DNA of 64,000 bases from Bdellovibrionales bacterium. GTDB taxonomy: Bacteria > Bdellovibrionota > Bdellovibrionia > Bdellovibrionales > UBA1609. Shown piece after piece: positions 41,653-51,149 of the stretch (the stretch's first letter is position 1; each line of letters begins with the position of its first letter). Below the pieces are notes generated by a model. The model was not told the origin of the DNA. It worked only from the letters and a program-made list of their open reading frames with translations, and ran no database searches. The stretch spans positions 1,248,001-1,312,000 of the forward strand of contig OZ241877.1 in assembly GCA_965203095.1 (NCBI GenBank), read 5' to 3'. A program made the position numbers and the translations under genes.

Positions 41653-44600
41653 GGCCATATATCCAATTATCAGACAGCTATTACCGATCTACAAATTTAG
41701 ATCTGGACTTTAAAGATCCTTCCAAACTAAAGCCAATTTATTTTTCCTCTAAATTTCAAACCGGCTATCAAGAGATTTTGGTAACCATTTTAGAATCTAA
41801 CTCTAAACATAGGGTCAAAGTGTTAAGCGGATCGCCAGGGCTTGGAAAATCTACTTTTGCCCTATTTATAGCTCAAGCGGTATCAAAAAAACATCCACAA
41901 ATTGTCAAAAACTTAATTGCAAAAAGTAGAGCAAAATTAAAAAAAGAACATAAGCGATTTGCAAAAAGCAAAACAACAAAACTCCTTCCGGTTTTCATCA
42001 ATGGCTATGAGGGAGAAATAGAAACAGCTTTTAAAAACAAGTTAAAAAAATCTTTAACCGAGATAGGTATAGATCTAAAACAGCCCCCTAAAAGTGCTTT
42101 AGCTACTTATAAAAAAGCTTTGGATCTTTTAAAAACAAAAGGTTATGGGGGAATTTTTGTAATATATGATGAGTTTGGTAAATATCTTGAAAAAGGAATA
42201 CACAACCCAACCAATATGAACATTCAATTTTTGCAAGATTTTGCAGAGTTTTGCGACAGATCAGGTGCAAAACAATGCCACCTCATGCTTATTACTCATT
42301 TGTCTATTTCCCAATATGCCAGCCAACTCCCTATCAATATTCAACAAGAATGGGCCAAAATAGAAGGGCGGTTTCAAGAATCTGCTTTTTATGACAAAAA
42401 CACAGATTACTATAAGATGATATCTTTTGTTTTTAAAAAAAATATTTCTCAAACCAACAAAAAATTGAGCACAAAATATCAATCTTTTATAAAAAAATAT
42501 TTAAAAGGATTTAAAGCTAAAGGTTTTGAGGCGTTTATTGATCAAAAAAATTTAAAAGCCTTTCTTTTAAATTGTTATCCCTTGCATCCTGTTGTTTTGG
42601 GCCTTTTGCCTCATCTATCAAAAAAAATCTCTCAAAACGAGAGAACTATGTATACTTTTTTAACTCGCGATGAAAATCACTCCTTGAAAAGATTTTTATC
42701 TACCAACCTACAAGAAGACATTGCTTTATTAAAACCTTTTGATTTGTATAAATATTTTAGCCCTCTTATCGGAAAAGATGTAGGCATTGGTGGAACTTAT
42801 AAAATCCAGCTCATAGCAGAGGAGGCTTTTAACCTTATTGATAAAAAAGACGAAGTCTCTAAACAAATTATAAGTTTAATGGCTTTGTGTGGGGCTATCC
42901 GGGATTTCTATTTCACACCTTTAACGGAGGATTTTATATCCTCCTGTTTCAATCAAAGTTGGAGCAAAGTTCAAATTAAAAAAGCCATAAAAAACTTAAA
43001 AAACAAAAAACTTATTTTTTATAATAAAAATATCAAACAGTATTTATTGCAGGAGGGCTCCCCTATAGACATTGATGAAGAAATCTCTAAAATAAAAAAT
43101 GTTTCTTTAACCAGTAAAGCTTTAGTGCAAATTTTAAAAAGACATTTTAAAACTGATTTTATCACTCCCAAAAAATATAACTTTGATCATGCCATTACTC
43201 GCTTTTATAGGACAGAAATGATCTCTGTTGAAGAGCTAAAAAGCTTAAAATCGAGAAAAACTGTGGATTTTTACCGGGAGGACGGAGCTGTTTTTTATGT
43301 TATTCCCTTCAGCCATGACGAGCTAATTTACGCGAAAAAATTTATAAAAAATTTTTCATCCCCTTTAACCGTTTTTGTCCTCCCCCATCAGTTTGTGGAA
43401 TGCCGAAAAGACATTGAGGAGCTAAACGCTGTCCATTGCTTATCCAACAACAAAGAAATTGTATCCACTACCCCTTTAGTTAAAAAAGAGTTGGATCGCT
43501 ATAAGGATATTTTGCTTCATTCTATAAGCTCCCTCTTAAAACCTCTTATTGGCAGTATGAGAATGAGTGCAACAGTTCATTATCCTTTAAAAGGCAAAAA
43601 CAAAAAAATTAAGTGCTTTAATGATTTACAAAGGTTTTTAGGCGATTTGTTTGTAAAGGAATACAGCAAATACATAAAATTTAATTTAGAATATATGAAC
43701 CGCCACTCAGTTTCAGGAAGTATCACCTTAGGCCGGAAAAATTTTATTGATAAATTAAGGGCTTATAAAAAAGATTTAAAAGACATTCGGCAAAGCTACA
43801 CAGGCAAAGGGCCTGATTACGCGATATTTGATACTATGTGTAGATTCTCTAACTTTAAATACAACTCTAATCAAAGCATTTATGAAATTCCAAAAAAATC
43901 AGATTTTTATAGATTTTTTAAAGAATATAAGGCGATTCTAAATAAATATTCTAATGGAATCTCCGTTGATAAACTTTTAGATCTGCTTATTGCACCCCCT
44001 TTTGGCTTTCGTTTGGGAACTATTCCTGTCTTTATTGCTCTATCGGATTTATGCCTTAAACAACCAGTCAATCATTATTTTGATTCGGCTTATGTTAAAG
44101 ATTTAGACGGAGATCATTATGATCTGTTGATGAAATATCCTAAAAAAACTGTTATTCACTACATGGCTATAGATAACAAGCAACAAAGTTTTTTAGATGA
44201 AATAGGTAGTATTTTTAACACTAAAAATTCATCTATAAGAGGAGTTATTGAAGGGCTTTTAAAATGGAGAAAAACTGTTCCGGAATCTACAAAACTTTCT
44301 CAAAATTTATCTAAGGCGGGGAGAAAACTACTTATTCAAATCGACTCCTCTATAAAACCTGATCAACTTCTATTTGATGGAATCCCTAAAGCTTTTGAAA
44401 AGTCAAAAATAAATAGTCAAACAACAAATACGGAAATCAAGGATACTTTAAAAAAAATATCTCAAACAAAAAAAGAAATTGACGGAGTTTATAAAAAGCT
44501 GTTATTAAAAATAAAATTTGATCTTATAAGCTTTGCTAATTACATAACCAAGCAATGTTTTAACAACTCCTCTAAACTCATTAACAACAAACTCAATTTG

Positions 44601-45197
44601 TCTAATTTGGATTTTGTAAAAACTATGCCTGAAAATGCTCTACCTGAAACAACAGAAAACCTTAAACCGTCCAATAAGATTAAATTTGTTCAAAATACTC
44701 TTAAGCAGGTAAAAGATTATCCTTTAAGTTCTGGCACTAATCATTTTATAGGCCGGGTTTTAAACTTTGATCCTTCTAATTATGAGCAGTATTTTTTAGA
44801 AACTTCAGCTGATGTATTAACGGGTTCTTCCCCTCGGCATTGGAACAGCAAAACTTATTCTCAGTTTAAATTTGCTTTAAAGAAGATTACAACAGAAATA
44901 GAACTGGCTTGTGAGATAGCTCAGCCCAATTTTAATGGACAAACTGTATTGGCTTTTATAGATAAAGGGAAAAATAAAAAAACTTTTATAAAGCTTAGCA
45001 CTTATTCCGGTATAGATAGAGGTCTTAACTCTGCTACTAAAGAGATACAAAACCAGCTCAAAAATTTTGATGAGATAGATAAAAGAAAAATCATTCTATC
45101 TGTTTTAGAGGCAATGAACAAACAATCTTTAGAAAAAGACGATGAGGAAAATAGGGAAAGCGAAACCTATAATGAGGGGGTAGATGCCAATGTCTAA
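41649..45197 (+). CDS. sspC: Large P-loop ATPase, SspC-like
   Basis: RSTNLDLD, GSPGLGKS Walker A, IYDEFGKYLE Walker B, FLQDFAE, EWAKIEGRF, YPLHP, QNERT; 1182 aa. Confidence 0.8.
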   Translation: MRPYIQLSDSYYRSTNLDLDFKDPSKLKPIYFSSKFQTGYQEILVTILESNSKHRVKVLSGSPGLGKSTFALFIAQAVSKKHPQIVKNLIAKSRAKLKKEHKRFAKSKTTKLLPVFINGYEGEIETAFKNKLKKSLTEIGIDLKQPPKSALATYKKALDLLKTKGYGGIFVIYDEFGKYLEKGIHNPTNMNIQFLQDFAEFCDRSGAKQCHLMLITHLSISQYASQLPINIQQEWAKIEGRFQESAFYDKNTDYYKMISFVFKKNISQTNKKLSTKYQSFIKKYLKGFKAKGFEAFIDQKNLKAFLLNCYPLHPVVLGLLPHLSKKISQNERTMYTFLTRDENHSLKRFLSTNLQEDIALLKPFDLYKYFSPLIGKDVGIGGTYKIQLIAEEAFNLIDKKDEVSKQIISLMALCGAIRDFYFTPLTEDFISSCFNQSWSKVQIKKAIKNLKNKKLIFYNKNIKQYLLQEGSPIDIDEEISKIKNVSLTSKALVQILKRHFKTDFITPKKYNFDHAITRFYRTEMISVEELKSLKSRKTVDFYREDGAVFYVIPFSHDELIYAKKFIKNFSSPLTVFVLPHQFVECRKDIEELNAVHCLSNNKEIVSTTPLVKKELDRYKDILLHSISSLLKPLIGSMRMSATVHYPLKGKNKKIKCFNDLQRFLGDLFVKEYSKYIKFNLEYMNRHSVSGSITLGRKNFIDKLRAYKKDLKDIRQSYTGKGPDYAIFDTMCRFSNFKYNSNQSIYEIPKKSDFYRFFKEYKAILNKYSNGISVDKLLDLLIAPPFGFRLGTIPVFIALSDLCLKQPVNHYFDSAYVKDLDGDHYDLLMKYPKKTVIHYMAIDNKQQSFLDEIGSIFNTKNSSIRGVIEGLLKWRKTVPESTKLSQNLSKAGRKLLIQIDSSIKPDQLLFDGIPKAFEKSKINSQTTNTEIKDTLKKISQTKKEIDGVYKKLLLKIKFDLISFANYITKQCFNNSSKLINNKLNLSNLDFVKTMPENALPETTENLKPSNKIKFVQNTLKQVKDYPLSSGTNHFIGRVLNFDPSNYEQYFLETSADVLTGSSPRHWNSKTYSQFKFALKKITTEIELACEIAQPNFNGQTVLAFIDKGKNKKTFIKLSTYSGIDRGLNSATKEIQNQLKNFDEIDKRKIILSVLEAMNKQSLEKDDEENRESETYNEGVDANV

Positions 45198-46017
45198 AAT
45201 GTCTCATTTTAATTATGATAAAAAAAGACGGCAAGTTTGCCCGCTTTCTGGAGGTAAAGATTCTACGGCTTTGGCTATTTTTCTTAAAAGTAAAATTAAA
45301 AATTTAGAATATGTTTTTTGTGACACAGGGAGTGAGCTACCGGAAACATACCAATATTTAGATAAATTAGAAGCTTTTTTAGGTCAAAAAATCGTCCGGT
45401 TGAATAGTGAAAAAAATTTTGATTATTTATTAAAGCAACATTCAGATTATTTACCTTCCCCAAGAGCCCGCTGGTGCACTTTGGAAATGAAGATCAAATC
45501 TTTTGAAAAATATATCGGGAATGATCCTATAGAGAGTTATATTGGGATAAGGGCGGATGAACAGAGAGGGGGTTATATTTCTCAAAAAAACACAATTTTG
45601 CCTCGCTACCCTTTTAAAGAGGAGGGAATTGGTTTGGAGGGGGTAAATCAAATTTTAGAAGAATCGGGCATTGGCCTCCCAAAATATTATGAATGGAGAT
45701 CCCGATCGGGTTGTTATTTTTGCTTTTTTCAGAGGAAAATTGAATGGGTGGGTCTGTTGGAAAAACACCCCAAGCTTTTTGAAAAAGCCAAATGGTATGA
45801 AAAGCAAAATTATAAAGGGGACCATGTCTCTTTTACATGGGTTGAAGGCATGCCTTTAGAAGAAGTAGAAAAAAACAAAGAAAAAATCAAACAAAACTAT
45901 AAAACTCGTATGGAAAAGGCCCAACGGAATCAAAAAGGGAAACACATTACAGATGTTTTTAAGGATGTTGTAAATGATGACGATCAAGAGGACGCCTGCT
46001 TGATATGCGATTTGTGA
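45184..46017 (+). CDS. sspD: PAPS reductase family protein, SspD-like
   Basis: SGGKDS PP-loop, FCDTGSELPETY, RWCT, GIRADE, RSGCYFCFFQ, C-terminal CLIC. Confidence 0.85.
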   Translation: MPMSKMSHFNYDKKRRQVCPLSGGKDSTALAIFLKSKIKNLEYVFCDTGSELPETYQYLDKLEAFLGQKIVRLNSEKNFDYLLKQHSDYLPSPRARWCTLEMKIKSFEKYIGNDPIESYIGIRADEQRGGYISQKNTILPRYPFKEEGIGLEGVNQILEESGIGLPKYYEWRSRSGCYFCFFQRKIEWVGLLEKHPKLFEKAKWYEKQNYKGDHVSFTWVEGMPLEEVEKNKEKIKQNYKTRMEKAQRNQKGKHITDVFKDVVNDDDQEDACLICDL

Positions 46018-46039
46018 CACATAGTGGTTTTTAAAATAC

Positions 46040-47002
46040 ATGAAAACTGTTGAAATTTTTAAAAAATTTATAGAGAAAGTTTTTAAAACGACTTTGGAAG
46101 TATTTTTCCAAGCTTTAAAGATGAGTCCAAATGCTCAAGGGTATGTAGGGGGTTCAATTACTGAAATTCTGCTATGGAAAAAACTAAAAAGTCATGGTCT
46201 TGAAACTTTGCGTATTCGTGAAAAATGGGAAGGTACTAAACATAGAAATCATCGAGGGGATTTTTACTTTAAATACCAGTCAAGTTGGTATGTTGTTGAA
46301 GCTAAAGGAATCAAGTCCAATGCAGAGATATGGCATAAATTATATAATAAAAAAAATCTAAAAGATTTTTTAGTTAGGCATTCTAGCCTTCTTCCCTGGG
46401 TAAAAAATAAAAAATCTTCTGAAGACCAAGTTGAGAAATGGATGCTCTCTCACCTTCCTTATTTTTACAGCAATTATTCTGAGAATCTTTACAGCTTTGA
46501 AGAAGTTAAAAGATACAGTTTAAAGGGAGTCGGGACAAAGAAAGCACATTCTATTTCAAAACTAAAGAACAAATCTCAAGATGAAATAAATAAACTTATT
46601 TCCGAGAGAGTCAATTATATCAGATCAAAAATATCTGTATTGGAAACACATTTTGTTTCCGGAGTATCTGGTGGAGGATATAGAAGACAAGCCACACCCT
46701 GTTTTGATGAATTTAACCTTTTAGCAGTAGATATTTATCTTCAATATCCAAAACATTATTTTTTATTTGCAAATCCAAATAATTTATCTTCATCTGAGAA
46801 AGACAGCGATCATTTAAGACAAAATTATATTATGGGTTTTGTTTTAAATGATAAAAAAGGGAGAGCTTATTTATCATTAGATGAAGAGTGGATTCCTGAT
46901 TTAGACACAGTATTAAAAAGGCTTGATCCTAAAAAATCTATATTGGAAAAAGATATGCAAGTAGATAATCGTTATAATGATTTTAATAATATAAAGAAAT
47001 AG
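46040..47002 (+). CDS. Putative PD-(D/E)XK nuclease (restriction-endonuclease-like)
   Basis: E...GDFYF...VVEAK motif; directly upstream of a DNA methyltransferase. Confidence 0.6.
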   Translation: MKTVEIFKKFIEKVFKTTLEVFFQALKMSPNAQGYVGGSITEILLWKKLKSHGLETLRIREKWEGTKHRNHRGDFYFKYQSSWYVVEAKGIKSNAEIWHKLYNKKNLKDFLVRHSSLLPWVKNKKSSEDQVEKWMLSHLPYFYSNYSENLYSFEEVKRYSLKGVGTKKAHSISKLKNKSQDEINKLISERVNYIRSKISVLETHFVSGVSGGGYRRQATPCFDEFNLLAVDIYLQYPKHYFLFANPNNLSSSEKDSDHLRQNYIMGFVLNDKKGRAYLSLDEEWIPDLDTVLKRLDPKKSILEKDMQVDNRYNDFNNIKK

Positions 47003-47010
47003 AAGGTAAA

Positions 47011-49011
47011 ATGGAACAAATGCCACTAATAAAAAATCTATCTGATTTTTCTCAAAAAGAAAAATTAAGTCAAAAAACAATAATTTTATCTGCTCTTGAA
47101 GACTGTCATAACTATATTTATGCTAATGAGGGAATTTTAAAAGAAAAAGCTTTTCGAGAAATAATAAAAATTCTTTTTATGAAAATTTACTCTGAAAAGG
47201 CAGAAAATAGTTTGTTTCAAATTACTGAAAAAGAATATAAAAACATTTTTTTAGATATTTCATGCGAAAGCTTTAAGAAAAGAGTTAAAAAATTATATTG
47301 TAAGATTTCTGAAAGATCCTCGTTGAATGTTTGGAATGAGGGACTTCTTCTTAGTGTAAAAACTATAGCTTATATAATAGATCGCCTTCAATCTATTTCT
47401 TTAAAAAAAACTGTAGGAGATATATCTGGTCAAGCGTTTCAAACCTTTATTCATTCCCATCAGCGTGGAGAGAGGGGGGAGTTTTTTACCCCATCCCCTG
47501 TTGTGGAATTAGCTGTTAATATAATTAACCCTCGATTTGGCGAGAGGATAATTGATCCTGCTTGTGGAAGTGGTGGCTTTCTCTTGAGTGCTATTAAGTA
47601 TGTTGGTGGGCAAGTTTCAAATAAGAAACTGTCTCACTATATAAAACATAATATTCATGGTATTGAATTTAATCCTGATGTGGCCTTAACTGCTAAATTA
47701 CTGATTGAAATGGAAGGAGGGAGGGAATCCAATATCATTTGTGCCAATTCTCTCAGTATAGAAGAGCAACATGGCTCATTTGATATTACTCTTGCTAATC
47801 CACCCTTTGGCCGGAGAGGAAAAGTTGTAGATCCATCCATCCTTAATAAATATGACTTAGGTAAAAAATGGAGGCTTTCCGGCAAGAACCTTTGGTGTGC
47901 AAACAAATCTGTTTTGCATAACCAACCGCCAGAAATTTTGTTTATTGAAAAGTGTTTAAAACTTTTAAGGCCAGAGGGACGAATGGCTATTGTGGTTCCG
48001 GATGGCTTGTTGCAAAATTCTTCTTTAGCTTTTGTCAGGCATTGGATAAAATCACGAACCAGTGTTATAGGAATCATATCTCTTCCACAAGAAACTTTTA
48101 TGCCTTTTGGAACAGGGGTAAAAACCTCTTTGATTTTTTTAAGAAAAAACTTTCAAAAAAAGAATGTATTTTTCTCAAAAATAAAAAATATTGGTTATGA
48201 TGTTAAAGGAAATATACATTATAAACAACCTGTTCCTCTTTTGAACAATAAAAAAAATATCAAAACTGGCAACTTTTCTATCTTACAGAATATAAACAGT
48301 GACATTGATCAAGTAGTAAAAGCATTTCACAACAAAAAAAGAAAGAGAGCGTCATCTATTGCTTGGGAATTAAAACACTCTTTACTTAAAGATAGGTGGG
48401 ATGCTGAACATTACTCTTTAAATGACTTAGAGATGATTAGCCATTTGGATCCTAATAATATTCTTTCAAATTTTGTGGAAATTGTCCGGAAAAAAGAGGA
48501 TTTTTCCAAAATCAACCAAGATAAACTTAAATATATAGCTATATCTGACATAGACCGCTATGGGATGAGAATTGCCAATCATCAAAAACTATGCACTAAG
48601 GAATTGCCTTCAAGAGCTTCTTATAAAATAATTGAGGGGGATATCTTGTTGGCTGTATCAGGAGCTAATACAGGAACAGAAAAGCAAGCTGTGGCTATTG
48701 TCACAAAAGATTATAATGGGGCTATATGTTCCAACGGTTTTGCAGTATTGAGAAATACAAAAAACATAAACAAATATTACCTTTTAGCGTTTTTTAAAAC
48801 AGGAATTTTTATAAAACAAGTTCGCCGGATGATGACAGGCCATGCTATTCCTTGTATATCTTTAACCAATTTAGGAAATATTATTATCCCTATTCCTAAA
48901 AAAAATGTTCAAAACAAAATTGCTGAGAAAACAAAACGAATTATTAAACTCAGTCAAATTCAGAATAAAGAATTGGATTATTTAAAAAAAGAAGCCATTT
49001 TTAACCTGTGA
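47011..49011 (+). CDS. N6-adenine DNA methyltransferase with fused C-terminal specificity (TRD/HsdS-like) domain
   Basis: GEFFTP, IIDPACGSGGFL, ANPPFG, AIVVPDG; C-terminal LPSRA..GDILL..CSNGFAVL..IPIP..Q. Confidence 0.88.
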   Translation: MEQMPLIKNLSDFSQKEKLSQKTIILSALEDCHNYIYANEGILKEKAFREIIKILFMKIYSEKAENSLFQITEKEYKNIFLDISCESFKKRVKKLYCKISERSSLNVWNEGLLLSVKTIAYIIDRLQSISLKKTVGDISGQAFQTFIHSHQRGERGEFFTPSPVVELAVNIINPRFGERIIDPACGSGGFLLSAIKYVGGQVSNKKLSHYIKHNIHGIEFNPDVALTAKLLIEMEGGRESNIICANSLSIEEQHGSFDITLANPPFGRRGKVVDPSILNKYDLGKKWRLSGKNLWCANKSVLHNQPPEILFIEKCLKLLRPEGRMAIVVPDGLLQNSSLAFVRHWIKSRTSVIGIISLPQETFMPFGTGVKTSLIFLRKNFQKKNVFFSKIKNIGYDVKGNIHYKQPVPLLNNKKNIKTGNFSILQNINSDIDQVVKAFHNKKRKRASSIAWELKHSLLKDRWDAEHYSLNDLEMISHLDPNNILSNFVEIVRKKEDFSKINQDKLKYIAISDIDRYGMRIANHQKLCTKELPSRASYKIIEGDILLAVSGANTGTEKQAVAIVTKDYNGAICSNGFAVLRNTKNINKYYLLAFFKTGIFIKQVRRMMTGHAIPCISLTNLGNIIIPIPKKNVQNKIAEKTKRIIKLSQIQNKELDYLKKEAIFNL

Positions 49012-49247
49012 AAAAACTTTTGAAATACCCGCTCAGCCTGCCAAAAAGTCCCTCAGACTTTTTTATTCCACTGCAAAAAGGAATCCACATCTTCTCTCAG
49101 AAAAGCCTCACCACAGGAATTTTGCTTATGCCAATGAGAGGATTAAAAAAATAGCTTTTCCTAATTTCCAGTCTTGACAGCATAAAGATAGCTGATATAT
49201 CGTCTATTTTATAGGAGCTTATTTAAAACCAATAAGGAGATTAAAAA

Positions 49248-51149
49248 ATGTCTGAAAAACTAAAAGTTCAAGTTTTAGAAGGAGCTGATAATAAGCTGGA
49301 TCTGGCAAAATTGGAAGATATTTTAAAAAGAAAGCTTATTATCCCCTCTTATCAGCGACCTTATTCTTGGAAAACTGAAGATATAAAAGAGATATTTGAA
49401 ACAATTAAAACAGCAAGAGAAAATGAAGAGAACCTTTACTTTTTTGGATCCATAATTTTATCTCAAAAAAGCAATGCTACTTATGGACAAGAGGAATACT
49501 ATATTATTGACGGACAACAAAGGCTCTCTTCATTTCTTCTTATATTGAAGGTTATTTTAATTGAGTTAAAACATCTTCTCAAAGAATTAGAGGGAAAGGG
49601 GAACCAATCAAAAGAGCAAATAAAAAAGGAAACTGAACTGGAATCTAAAAAAGAGGAACTGTCAAAAATAATTGATACTGTAAGTTTAACAAGAGAACAG
49701 TCTGATGATAGTGAGGAAAAATCTATACTCCATTTCATTAAAAAGGGCAAAGATTATGAGAATCTTCCAGATCATTTAGACAAAAAAATAAAAGAAATAT
49801 ATGAGCATTCTATAGTTCCCTTTCAAAAGGAATGGCCAGATCCAGCTGACGAGAAGTTTTTAAATAAATACATTGATGAAACTCTAAGTTTTTTAGATCA
49901 AATTTTAAATCAAATTAAATTTTGTTTGATCAACATTACAGGGCAAAATTCAGAAGATTTTGCCATTAACCTGTTCAATACATTAAACACAACAGGTCAA
50001 CCTTTGACTGCTTTTGAGGTTTTAAAATCAGAACTGTATAAGATTGATCCAAAATTATCAAAAACCATTGATGAGATACAAAAAGATATCATAAAAAAAT
50101 ATACTTTTCAGAGAAAAAAAATTATCAGCCATACAGGAAAACTCCTTCTTTACCTTCCTCTTTACAGAGGGGATTTTAAAGAAGATAGCTACACCCTATC
50201 GGACAGAAAATTTAAAGATCAAAGAGGCTATTTAAAAGAGGTTTTAGATTCAAAAACAGCCTCTCAACTGGTAGAAGATATTAAAACTGTTGATGAGTTT
50301 TATTCCCAATTTTGGCTGGATCCGGACTCTATAAAAAAATTGCTGAAAAAAGATGACGAGCGAGTCTGTTTTCATTTTTTATCAGAGTTAACACATGATC
50401 GCGTTTTGCCTATAATGATCCGCTTTCATAAAAACCAAAGAGAATCCTTGGGCAAGTGTGTAAAAGTTTGCACAGCCTTTTCCAGCCTTTGGCGTGCATT
50501 TTCTGATGGAGGCACTTCTGGAGTGGATAAAGCTTATAAAGATATTTCATTAGATCTAAAAGAGGATCATAGTATTGAAAATCTGAATAAGAAGTTAAAG
50601 GAGCTTTTTCTAAAAAAATTATCATCTAAACCATCCAGTAGTATTAATATTGAGGAAGCTAAAGATACATGGTTGAAAAAATTAAAAATAAGCACTGTAT
50701 ATAAAAATCAAAAACTCTCTAAGTTTTTGCTTTTCATAGCTTATAATAAATTACATTTTAATTCTAACACAAAACTTTTGCAAAAAAGCAAGGGGATAGA
50801 CATTCTAAAATTACATTATTGGAAAGATGAAGATTATAAAACCATAGAACATATAATCCCTAAGACTAATAGAACATTCTTTAGTCATATTCATACTTTA
50901 GGCAATCTTACTCTTTTGCCTCAAAAATTAAATTCCTCTGTAGGAGATAAGCCTTTCTCAGAAAAACTTAAACAATACAAAAAATTTTGCTCAACAGAAA
51001 ACGAAGATAAATATCCCTACCTTCCCCTAATAAAGCATATTGCCCATTGTAATCAGTTTAAGCAAGAAGAGATAGAAGATCGATCAAAAATTCTATCTGA
51101 ATTTGTTTGGAAGACATTGGCTGAGGATTGGTTGGGTTGGAGAGAATGA
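49248..51149 (+). CDS. sspE: DUF262-DUF1524 (HNH) protein, SspE/GmrSD-like
   Basis: IPSYQRPYSW, FFGSII, IIDGQQRL, FNTLNTTG; TIEHIIP...LGNLTLL..LNS. Confidence 0.78.
   Translation: MSEKLKVQVLEGADNKLDLAKLEDILKRKLIIPSYQRPYSWKTEDIKEIFETIKTARENEENLYFFGSIILSQKSNATYGQEEYYIIDGQQRLSSFLLILKVILIELKHLLKELEGKGNQSKEQIKKETELESKKEELSKIIDTVSLTREQSDDSEEKSILHFIKKGKDYENLPDHLDKKIKEIYEHSIVPFQKEWPDPADEKFLNKYIDETLSFLDQILNQIKFCLINITGQNSEDFAINLFNTLNTTGQPLTAFEVLKSELYKIDPKLSKTIDEIQKDIIKKYTFQRKKIISHTGKLLLYLPLYRGDFKEDSYTLSDRKFKDQRGYLKEVLDSKTASQLVEDIKTVDEFYSQFWLDPDSIKKLLKKDDERVCFHFLSELTHDRVLPIMIRFHKNQRESLGKCVKVCTAFSSLWRAFSDGGTSGVDKAYKDISLDLKEDHSIENLNKKLKELFLKKLSSKPSSSINIEEAKDTWLKKLKISTVYKNQKLSKFLLFIAYNKLHFNSNTKLLQKSKGIDILKLHYWKDEDYKTIEHIIPKTNRTFFSHIHTLGNLTLLPQKLNSSVGDKPFSEKLKQYKKFCSTENEDKYPYLPLIKHIAHCNQFKQEEIEDRSKILSEFVWKTLAEDWLGWRE

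Noticed and set aside
40783..46017. BREX type 4 or Dnd system
   Set aside because: No PglZ, BrxL or DndB/D/E-like gene is in the locus. The DUF4007-ATPase-PAPS reductase order plus DUF262-DUF1524 and a desulfurase fits Ssp better.
45184..46017. Housekeeping cysH (sulfate assimilation)
   Set aside because: No cysDN/cysIJ nearby, and it is translationally coupled to the SspC-like ATPase.
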